From Naegleria gruberi (taxonomy: Eukaryota): DNA of 64,000 nt. The translations under genes were made by a program, and so were the position numbers. Of the stretch, positions 56,162 to 64,000 are shown piece after piece. Within the stretch, counting starts at the first letter, position 1; the number at the start of each line of letters is the position of its first letter. The stretch lies in assembly GCA_000004985.1 (NCBI GenBank), contig GG738857.1; one strand, written 5' to 3'. The notes below the pieces were generated by a model. That model had not been told where the DNA came from, did no database searches, and saw nothing but the letters and a program-made list of their open reading frames with translations.

Positions 56162-59100
56162 CTAAGCACCTGTAGATTGCTCTTCACAACTGTCTGAGTG
56201 TTCTTCTTCTTCGTCTTCGTCATCATCATAAAAGTCACTGTCGTCTTCAACGCCTTCATCAGAGTCTTCTAAAGATTCAGAACCAGCTACAGATTCATTC
56301 GATACATGTTCAGTAATATTTCCTCTTTGAATGTTCTTCTGTTCCTTACTCTTGAATTTGCTTTCCATGAGGGACTTTAATACTTCCTCCTCTGTTAATG
56401 GTTTAAGGAAAGGATGGTCGAGAAGGGATTTCGCAGTACTTCTCTTTTCTGGATCCCACTCTAGACATTTAACCAAAAAGTCTCTGGCTGTCTCTGAAAC
56501 GAAGAAATTTTCCATCTCTTCGTCAGTTATTGCTGGAGACTTTCTAGCTTTGAGAATTTCAACGAAAACATGAATTGGTTCTCTGAGAGGTTGGAATGCT
56601 GGATACGGACATCTTCCTGTAAGTGCTTCCAAAATAACACAACCTGCAGAGAAAATATCAGATGGTTTGCCTTGATTCAAAGATTCCATGACTTCAGGTG
56701 CAATATACATTGGAGTACCGTTGATTTGCTTTGTTTGCTTATCTGATGCAGCATCTGCGTTCATCTTTTTAGATAAACCAAAATCGATCATTTTGATAAC
56801 ACCCCATTGGTTAAGCATGATATTGTAAGGTGAGATATCGCCGTGAACTATATTCTTATCATGCAAGTATGTCAATGCCTCAAATATTTGTTTGGCATAA
56901 ATTCTCACAATATTTTCATGCAAACGACCCATAGCATTCTTTCTGATAACTACATCCAAGGTTTCTCCTTGTACTAATTCCATTACCATACAAATAATAT
57001 CAGGTCTATAAATTGCTGCACAGGATTTATCATCCTTGAACAGAACGTATTTGAATAAATCACTTGCAATAAATTTTACAATGTTAGCATGATCTCCAAT
57101 ATCTTCCAAAATCTTAATTTCATTGATAATCTTGGAAAAGATGACCTCTGGCACCTCTGTGTTGAATGTTTTCTTAAGTGTATCCAGATAACAAATTTTC
57201 ATAGCAAATGATTGTCCTGTTAAAATGTGCATAGCACTGTACACAACTGAAAAGCTACCAGCACCAAGCTGTTTACCAATTTGAATGGTATCAAATAGTT
57301 TTTGTTGTTCTTTAAATGATGGACAATAAAGTGAACTGAAATGGTAAACTCCACGATACCAAAGAGCTTTTTGTTGCTCTTCCATTGACATGGAAGAAAA
57401 AGATGATGATGTAGGTGTTTCGTCAGCTGATAGGGTTTTGCTTAGCTCAGAGTTAGTTACACTTGATTTCCTAGGTGGTTGGACAGGTGTTTCTTCAAAA
57501 TCGTCATGGTCATATCTTTCTGAAGGTGGTGTCTTTTTGCTATTCTCAAACTGTGGTTTAAACATGTCATCTTCAGAAAAACTCTTATGTAGACTTTTCT
57601 TGGATGAGTAGGAAGTTGGAGTTTGATATCCATAAGCTGAGTGGGCATGAGGACTATGAGCAAAGTGTTGGAAGTTTTGATGGGAATGATTGCCATACAG
57701 GTGGTGATGATGGTGATGTCCATGTGAAATTGTTGGGCTCATGTATGTGGTTTGCAAGATGGAATGGGATGGAGAATGACTAACTTGTTGTTGTACAATA
57801 ACAACTTGCTGTTGCATATTATCAACATAGATATTAGTTCTGTCCATTTGTGAGTTTGCAAAATCTGAAGCAATGATAATAAAAGGATCATGTTCTATCA
57901 TTGGAGTACCAATAGAAAATACGCTTCCATCAGAATCATTGGAATAATCCTCTGTATACCTGACGCCTGGATTTACGTGAGCTTCCAGTTCAAAAACAGG
58001 TTGGTCATTATCATCTAGTTCTTCTATCTTGACAGTTTCTTTTTCTCTCTTTTTTGCATTCAGGTATTCCATATAGGCAATTTTCAACTCTTCAGTAGAT
58101 CTGATTGTAATCAAGTCTCCTTCAGCATCTCTGTATTTCAAAACAATAGCATTCACATCAGGAAGATCATCATCATCTACAGGTTGATGTGAGCTAGTAT
58201 ACTTTTGAGAAATGATCTTTCTCTTAAGGTCATCCAAAGTAGTGTTTGCCTCTAGCAAATTTTCAATCGATTCCATGTTATCATCCTGATTATCTGCATG
58301 AGTATAATCGCTAAAGTATTCTCCAGGATGGAATGTATCCATAGTAATATTTGGAATTTGAATAATTGTCGATTGCCTAGCTGTGAGTGGTGTAGCACTG
58401 GATGAAGCAACATTTGACTTTGTAACTATGAATGTCATTGGGATTTCTATTTGAATTTCTTCATTATTCTGCAGAGCATGATTCAACTCGTCTATTCCTC
58501 CATCAATTTCAAAAATATATTCTCCTCCATCTAAAAATGCATCACCAAAATGATATTCATCCAAATCATGAGTTCCACTATTGGTACTTGATGGTTCTGT
58601 GGATGTGTCTGATTGTTCAGAATCAGCTTCAGAAGATATTTCTTCATCTGAGCTGTAGTTGACCTCTTTTGGTGTAATGGTTTCGGTGACTTGCGAAGCA
58701 GGTACTTCTGTACGTTCTACGCTAATTTGTGATTCGCTTTCTAAAGGTGTCTTGTTTTCAGATGTTCCATCATCAGTTTGAGTCGAAACATCAAAAAATC
58801 TCCTCTTGTGACTATTAGCTCTTTCTCTTCTTTTTTTGGCAATAGCATCTGAAACCTGAGACTTGTTCACAACAACTGAGCGTCCATGTCGTAATCTCCT
58901 TTCCTTCTTTTCCTTTTTTTTCTTTTCTTTTGGAGGGGATTTTTCATTCTCTGGATCGTTCCATTTAACCTTAATGGTTTGAACAACTATTGAGGTTCTT
59001 GTTCCATTTTTCTGTAGTGGAAGAATATTTGGAGAAGTTGCAGACATCCTTCTTACTTGATGAATGCTCTCCTTAGGTGAAATGGAATGTTCTGAATGAG

Positions 59101-60646
59101 GTGTACTAGGCTGTAAAACTGCCATAATATTGCGATCTTGATTTGTAATAATAGAATGAGGTTTCTTTGTTCTATAATCACGTTTTTCGTGACTAGAGCT
59201 AGATGAATAATCACCATCTCCACTTGCTACAGAAGTTGATTCAAGACTTGGCAATGTTTCGTCATCATCCTCCACTTCCTCAATTGTGAATCCTTCCTCG
59301 TTATGGACATGAGAAGGTGGTCTAGGGATTGTTGATGAAGGTGTTGATGAAACAACTGTTAGTGTTGTGGTTGTCGTACTAGTTGTTGTTCCACTTCCTC
59401 TCCTAGCTGATGATGGTTCTGAATGCGAGCAAGGATCAAAGAGTTGCTCTGTTACGATTTGCACATGCATTGAAGTTGGTGAAGTTGCAGAGGCACAAGG
59501 ATTATTCAAAGGTGATGCAAAATAAATATTTGTTGCAGAGGAAACACGTTTGTGACCTCTTTTCCTTTGTGGTGGTTGTGTTGTATCAGAGATTGGTGTT
59601 GATGTTTGCGAGGAAGTTCTTATGGAAATTTGATTAAATGTGCCTGATCTTCTAGTATTTAGAGAGTAGCTTCTGGAATTTTTCGAGTCCTGGTTGTGAT
59701 GACCATTTACTACTGGAGGTTGTTGATGAAAATGAGGGTGTTGTTCATTTGGCATGACGAAAGAATTGGAAGGAAGGGATTGAGAAAGAATTTGAACATT
59801 TGTAGATGAAGGAGTGTGGTATGGTTGGGAATAGTGAATTTGATGAATTGTAGGAGAGGCAACACTTTGAAGGTTATAATTGTCTCCACTTCTAGAGTTT
59901 CTATGGTGATGATGGAGGTTTGAGGTATTCGGAGAAGGGTTACCACTAATACTAATATTTAACCTCGATGATGACACTGTTGGTACTGATTCAGAAAAGG
60001 CAAAATCAGCGGAATTTGTTCTTCTGTGATTTGGCCTGGGTGGTCTTTTTGATGTTGTTTGGTTGTTATTGAAAGAACAACGTTGTTTAATTTCCTCGTC
60101 ATCACTACTCGTATCACTATCTATTGTATAACCAGAAGTTTCCTTCTTGAAATGGTTCTTTGGGAGAGAAGGAAACGTTGGTTTTTTGTAGTTAGTTGTT
60201 GCTGATGCTGGTATTTTGTTCCAGTTATCAAAATGATGGAAACTATTGTCATAATTTTCTGCTTCTTCCTCCTCTTCCTCTTGACCATAAATTGGTGAAT
60301 CATGATGATGATGTTTAGGTTGTTGTTGTTGTGGAATGTCAGTGAAAGAAGATGAATCGTGTGGATGAGGAGAAGCCTTTTCATCAGTATCATCCTCTAA
60401 TCCTCCACTAAAATGAAATGAAGAGGCAGAGGAAAGAGGTGAATAGAAGGAAGACTTTGGATTGAGCCTAGTGGGTGTTGTTGTTGATGTTGGTTTAGTA
60501 TTCTCAGTGTTGGTGGTATTTTCATTTGACTGTACAGTATCTTCTTCCGATGTTTGAACCATATCCATATCGAAAAATTCATCATCAGTACTATGTTGAA
60601 GGAATCCCTCTCCTTCAGATCCTTCAAAATCTTCGTAATTATTCAT
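56162..60646 (-). CDS. Ser/Thr protein kinase (MEKK/STE-like) with PB1-like domain and long low-complexity N-terminal region; atypical catalytic loop HGDISPYN
   Basis: 1494-aa single ORF. C-terminal kinase domain has LGAGSFSVVYSA, FAMK, HGDISPYNIML, DFGLSKK, GTPMYIAPEV. A PB1-like beta-grasp (VLKYRDAEGDLITIRSTEELKIAYMEYL) precedes it. His/Gln/Asn/Ser homopolymer tracts and an acidic C-terminal tail. Confidence 0.75.
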   Translation of the reverse strand: MNNYEDFEGSEGEGFLQHSTDDEFFDMDMVQTSEEDTVQSNENTTNTENTKPTSTTTPTRLNPKSSFYSPLSSASSFHFSGGLEDDTDEKASPHPHDSSSFTDIPQQQQPKHHHHDSPIYGQEEEEEEAENYDNSFHHFDNWNKIPASATTNYKKPTFPSLPKNHFKKETSGYTIDSDTSSDDEEIKQRCSFNNNQTTSKRPPRPNHRRTNSADFAFSESVPTVSSSRLNISISGNPSPNTSNLHHHHRNSRSGDNYNLQSVASPTIHQIHYSQPYHTPSSTNVQILSQSLPSNSFVMPNEQHPHFHQQPPVVNGHHNQDSKNSRSYSLNTRRSGTFNQISIRTSSQTSTPISDTTQPPQRKRGHKRVSSATNIYFASPLNNPCASATSPTSMHVQIVTEQLFDPCSHSEPSSARRGSGTTTSTTTTTLTVVSSTPSSTIPRPPSHVHNEEGFTIEEVEDDDETLPSLESTSVASGDGDYSSSSSHEKRDYRTKKPHSIITNQDRNIMAVLQPSTPHSEHSISPKESIHQVRRMSATSPNILPLQKNGTRTSIVVQTIKVKWNDPENEKSPPKEKKKKEKKERRLRHGRSVVVNKSQVSDAIAKKRRERANSHKRRFFDVSTQTDDGTSENKTPLESESQISVERTEVPASQVTETITPKEVNYSSDEEISSEADSEQSDTSTEPSSTNSGTHDLDEYHFGDAFLDGGEYIFEIDGGIDELNHALQNNEEIQIEIPMTFIVTKSNVASSSATPLTARQSTIIQIPNITMDTFHPGEYFSDYTHADNQDDNMESIENLLEANTTLDDLKRKIISQKYTSSHQPVDDDDLPDVNAIVLKYRDAEGDLITIRSTEELKIAYMEYLNAKKREKETVKIEELDDNDQPVFELEAHVNPGVRYTEDYSNDSDGSVFSIGTPMIEHDPFIIIASDFANSQMDRTNIYVDNMQQQVVIVQQQVSHSPSHSILQTTYMSPTISHGHHHHHHLYGNHSHQNFQHFAHSPHAHSAYGYQTPTSYSSKKSLHKSFSEDDMFKPQFENSKKTPPSERYDHDDFEETPVQPPRKSSVTNSELSKTLSADETPTSSSFSSMSMEEQQKALWYRGVYHFSSLYCPSFKEQQKLFDTIQIGKQLGAGSFSVVYSAMHILTGQSFAMKICYLDTLKKTFNTEVPEVIFSKIINEIKILEDIGDHANIVKFIASDLFKYVLFKDDKSCAAIYRPDIICMVMELVQGETLDVVIRKNAMGRLHENIVRIYAKQIFEALTYLHDKNIVHGDISPYNIMLNQWGVIKMIDFGLSKKMNADAASDKQTKQINGTPMYIAPEVMESLNQGKPSDIFSAGCVILEALTGRCPYPAFQPLREPIHVFVEILKARKSPAITDEEMENFFVSETARDFLVKCLEWDPEKRSTAKSLLDHPFLKPLTEEEVLKSLMESKFKSKEQKNIQRGNITEHVSNESVAGSESLEDSDEGVEDDSDFYDDDEDEEEEHSDSCEEQSTGA

Positions 60647-61247
60647 GTTGTGTGTGTATCAAACAATCTTGATCTTTTTCGTTCTTTAAATAAAATCTCT
60701 GGTTCTCTTGACTACACTCTAAAACTCACAAAACTTCAGAACCTCTATATGATTCTGATAATGTTATATCAAACAATATTGATGAACCTAGAGACAAACG
60801 GATATGACTTTCCGGTCACAGAAGCAAAAAAGACGAACAACCAAAGTTTGTCGTTTGGGTGAGAGAAGAAGTGTTTGCTCTTCTAAATTTTTTTTATTGT
60901 TCTGCTTGAAAATTAATTAAAAATTGTTTTCATGATTTGGAAGCCAATTACACCCATCTTCACGTTTCTATGGAAAGAAGGCTGATAATTCATCGATTTG
61001 ATCTGGTAGTAATTATTATTCAAATTGATGATTTGACCAAAGTTTAAAAGAACATGAACGAAGATTTAAATGCAACATGATTTTCAATTCTATCCGAATG
61101 TTGGTGGAATGATAGAGACGAAATCTATGTATTCAGATCAAGTAATTCCTAAATTACAATGTTTTATTCAAAGAATTAGAATTTAATAATTTATTTAAAT
61201 AATAATAATTAAGATAGTGAAAATTAAAGAGAGAATTCTGGAATAAT

Positions 61248-61985
61248 TTAATCAGTCTTATTAGAAAAGAGTTTTTTAACAGTATTAATAATCATCTTGA
61301 CAACATTTCTATAAATTACTAAAATTAATGCAATATGAACAACAGCAACCATTAATGCAGTTGATAATCCAATAACAGACCAAACAAATATCAATACAAT
61401 ATAAACATAAATGACAACTGAGGCTGCATGACAAATTAAATTCAGATCGAGTTTCATCATTTCTGGTGGAATGGCATTATTAGGTTGATCGGCCATTTGA
61501 TCAGCCATTGGATTGGCAACATAACCAGTCTTTGCTGATGAAATTACATGACCAATATAAGAGCTGGCAAAATTCATAATGAAAAAGTGCATCTTGATAA
61601 ATCCAAAAGCAGCATTGGCACTATTTTCATACATTCTCTTATTAATTTCATCCTCATCTGCATCATCATCCTCCGGAATGAATCCATTGAAAACTCCACG
61701 TACATTATGTTCCAAACAATAGTACCTTGTCCAAAAAACTAAAAGAAAGAATAATCCAGTCCTAATCAAACCGAAAATAATTTGTAACATGAATGTAACA
61801 ATTGGCCATCGGATACGAACAGGACCAGAGGCATCTTGATTTTTAACCTTAGGTGAGAGAATATAGGCCAAATAACAAACGAGAGGATCTCCAATAATTG
61901 ATCCAATTGTTCCAGGTATTATCCAAATTGATCCGAAAAAGTCGTAGAGTGAAATTGGTATTGGTGGTAGAATAGAATCCATCAT
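61248..61985 (-). CDS. Hypothetical multi-pass membrane protein
   Basis: 245-aa ORF with four or five hydrophobic helices. No family recognised. Confidence 0.35.
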   Translation of the reverse strand: MMDSILPPIPISLYDFFGSIWIIPGTIGSIIGDPLVCYLAYILSPKVKNQDASGPVRIRWPIVTFMLQIIFGLIRTGLFFLLVFWTRYYCLEHNVRGVFNGFIPEDDDADEDEINKRMYENSANAAFGFIKMHFFIMNFASSYIGHVISSAKTGYVANPMADQMADQPNNAIPPEMMKLDLNLICHAASVVIYVYIVLIFVWSVIGLSTALMVAVVHIALILVIYRNVVKMIINTVKKLFSNKTD

Positions 61986-62624
61986 TATTTTTTTTTATTT
62001 TATTTAATTTAAATATTATTATTAATATTTATCATTATGATTCAATTATCGGAAAATGGTCATTCTTTAAATTATAATAATATATTCAATCTAATTGTGT
62101 AATAATAATAATACTATCTCTGCAATGATCATCTCGCACTAATAATCTACTGCTTAGTATCTTCTCACTACACTTGAAGAACAAGTAAGAACAAGCAACT
62201 CTTTCAAAAGTGGAAAGTGGTATTATTGGAAAGATCAACTGTCCAACCAGATTGCTTGCTCCACAGAAGCTTCAATTCAATTAGAGTTGTAAAGTATTGT
62301 AAGTACGTTCAACTGTAATGAAAAGGTGCATTTGACTCTTGTGTTACGGCCTCTTCCTCTGTTCATCATTAAGGCACAACTCAAATCGCACCGTTCAACT
62401 TCTAAACTCGCCCAACAACAACACAAACAACGCGCAAACAATAGTCGACGGCTAGAGTTCTTTCAACCCTTCTTGTTAAGATCCAACCTGCGGCTTGTTG
62501 ACGTGGCGCAACAAGGCCACACAACCTCACTCCGTTGTTAAGGCAAATCAATTTTTAAACAACCCACACACGGAACAACCTTACTCATAATTACAACAAG
62601 AAAAAAAACAACAAACAAATAAGA

Positions 62625-63761
62625 ATGTCATTCTGTGAAGAAGTTCAAGGATTGGTTGTCGATAACGGTTCTGGTATGTGTAAGGCTGGCTTCTCTGGTG
62701 ATGATGCTCCAAGATCAGTTTTCCCATCTATTGTCGGTTATCCAAAGATGCAAAGTACCATGGTTGGTATGGGTGGTAAGGACGCCTATGTTGGTGATGA
62801 AGCTCAATCCAAGAGAGGTATCTTGAAGTTGAAGTACCCAATTGAACACGGTATTGTTACTTGTTGGGAAGACATGGAAAAGATCTGGCATCACACTTTC
62901 TACAATGAATTGAGAGTTTCTCCAGAAGAACACCCAGTTTTGTTGACTGAAGCTCCTCTCAATCCAAAGACTAACAGAGAAAAGATGACCAAGATTATGT
63001 TCGAAACCTTCTCCGTTCCAGCTATGTATGTTGCTATCCAAGCTGTCTTGTCCTTGTATGCTTCTGGTAGAACTACTGGTGTCGTTGTTGACTCTGGTGA
63101 TGGTGTTACTCACACTGTTCCAATCTATGAAGGTTACTCCTTGCCACACGCTGTCCAAAGAATTGATTTGGCTGGTCGTGACTTGACTGAATGGATGGTT
63201 AAGCTCTTGACTGAAAGAGGTTATCAATTCACCACTACTGCTGAAAAGGAAATTGTCAGAGACATTAAGGAAAAGCTCTCCTATGTTGCTCAAGACTTCG
63301 ATGAAGAAATGAAGAACTTCTCCACCAACCCATCTTCCATTGAAAAGGACTACGAACTCCCTGATGGTAACGTCATTGTTGTTGGTAACGAAAGATTCAG
63401 ATGTCCAGAAGCTCTCTTCAACCCAATGCTCATTGGTCTTGAAGCTTCAGGTATCCATGAAACTACTAACAATACTATCAAGAAGTGTGATATTGATATC
63501 AGAAAGGATCTCTTCAACAATATTGTCATGTCTGGTGGTACTACCATGTTCGAAGGTATTCCAGAAAGATTGAAGAAGGAAATGACTGGTTTGGCTCCAG
63601 CTTCTATGTCTGTTAAGGTTGTTGCTCCACCAGAAAGAAAGTACTCTGTCTGGATTGGTGGTTCCATCTTGTCGAGCTTGTCAACCTTCCAACAGATGTG
63701 GGTTACCAAGGAAGAATATGAGGATGCCGGTGAACAAATTGTCCACAGAAAGTGTTTCTAA
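62625..63761 (+). CDS. Actin (divergent paralogue, intronless)
   Basis: 378 aa, full-length. Conserved blocks read directly: [118 protein letters not shown]. Many substitutions at normally invariant positions (e.g. MSFCEE N-terminus, GYPKMQST for GRPRHQGV). Confidence 0.9.
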   Translation: MSFCEEVQGLVVDNGSGMCKAGFSGDDAPRSVFPSIVGYPKMQSTMVGMGGKDAYVGDEAQSKRGILKLKYPIEHGIVTCWEDMEKIWHHTFYNELRVSPEEHPVLLTEAPLNPKTNREKMTKIMFETFSVPAMYVAIQAVLSLYASGRTTGVVVDSGDGVTHTVPIYEGYSLPHAVQRIDLAGRDLTEWMVKLLTERGYQFTTTAEKEIVRDIKEKLSYVAQDFDEEMKNFSTNPSSIEKDYELPDGNVIVVGNERFRCPEALFNPMLIGLEASGIHETTNNTIKKCDIDIRKDLFNNIVMSGGTTMFEGIPERLKKEMTGLAPASMSVKVVAPPERKYSVWIGGSILSSLSTFQQMWVTKEEYEDAGEQIVHRKCF

Positions 63762-63803
63762 ATCTTGTACTACATAAATTGTATTTTATTAATTTTTCAT
63801 ACT

Positions 63804-64000
63804 TTATTTATTCCAATAACTTAATAATTCTTGGTGATCATATGAGTTGATTCTAACTTTCCTTAACTTGGCAAAAGTTGGATTAGTTTGCAAAGCTTTC
63901 ACACATTCACTTGATGCAGAAACTGCAAATGCATCAAAGTTTCTCAAATTTACCAAATTGGTACATTTTGAAACAAGGTTTTCATACAATTTGATTCCAT
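63804..64000 (-). CDS. 3' end of a minus-strand gene that extends beyond the window (partial); product unknown
   Basis: Frame is open from the window edge down to the stop at 63804 (...LQTNPTFAKLRKVRINSYDHQELLSYWNK*). Confidence 0.2.
   Translation of the reverse strand, partial: GIKLYENLVSKCTNLVNLRNFDAFAVSASSECVKALQTNPTFAKLRKVRINSYDHQELLSYWNK

Noticed and set aside
62326-62541. 71-aa ORF in the actin upstream region
   Set aside because: Composition (Pro/Leu/Arg/Gln-rich) is driven by the GC-rich block. No start context or codon-usage match to neighbouring genes. Treated as non-coding leader/promoter.
1-64000. Prokaryotic-style features (operons, CRISPR arrays, IS elements, RBS/terminators) and transposons or retroelements near the tRNA
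   Set aside because: The sequence is eukaryotic (spliceosomal introns, actin, cullin, eIF5A, tRNA without CCA). No direct-repeat/spacer arrays, no terminal inverted repeats, no RT/integrase-like ORFs were seen. tRNA flanks (30158..30266, 30341..30459) are ordinary spacer.

Overview
This is eukaryotic nuclear DNA, not prokaryotic. It is AT-rich, with about 35% GC in coding sequence and less between genes. It carries three runs of N that mark scaffold gaps. Genes are compact (intergenic spacers of 0.3-0.8 kb), lie on both strands, and have few short GT..AG introns (39-151 nt; donors GTAAGT, GTACGT, GTATGT, GTTTGT). Several proteins have N/Q/S/T-rich low-complexity tracts. The gene content points to an amoebozoan, most likely dictyostelid-like, genome: a villidin-like protein (coronin propeller, PH, gelsolin repeats, villin headpiece), a bulb-lectin plus EGF-repeat surface protein, and a cullin. 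About 35 protein-coding genes and one tRNA-Thr(AGU) are supported. No rRNA, CRISPR array or transposon was seen.

Recognisable products:
- a giant (over 2,200 aa) bulb-lectin/EGF-repeat adhesion-GPCR-like receptor that ends in a cytoplasmic RGS domain
- a villidin-like actin-binding protein with two embedded RRM-like domains
- a divergent intronless actin
- eIF5A
- a cullin
- PPT1 thioesterase (three exons)
- GH63 glucosidase I
- a PB1-domain protein kinase with an atypical catalytic loop
- a BAG/Ubl co-chaperone
- an FAD monooxygenase
- an APH-like kinase
- an EEP phosphoesterase
- an alpha/beta hydrolase
- two RGS-domain proteins
- a DUF4116-repeat protein
- a Pmp3-family proteolipid gene interrupted by an in-frame TAA

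Most noteworthy are the GPCR-RGS chimera, which contains a near-perfect 2 x 351 bp internal tandem duplication, the Pmp3 in-frame stop, a repeated GC-rich TGACGTG-containing motif in a bidirectional promoter, and an apparently frame-broken coiled-coil locus.

All calls rest on reading the ORF translations and recalling domain signatures. No database search could be run.
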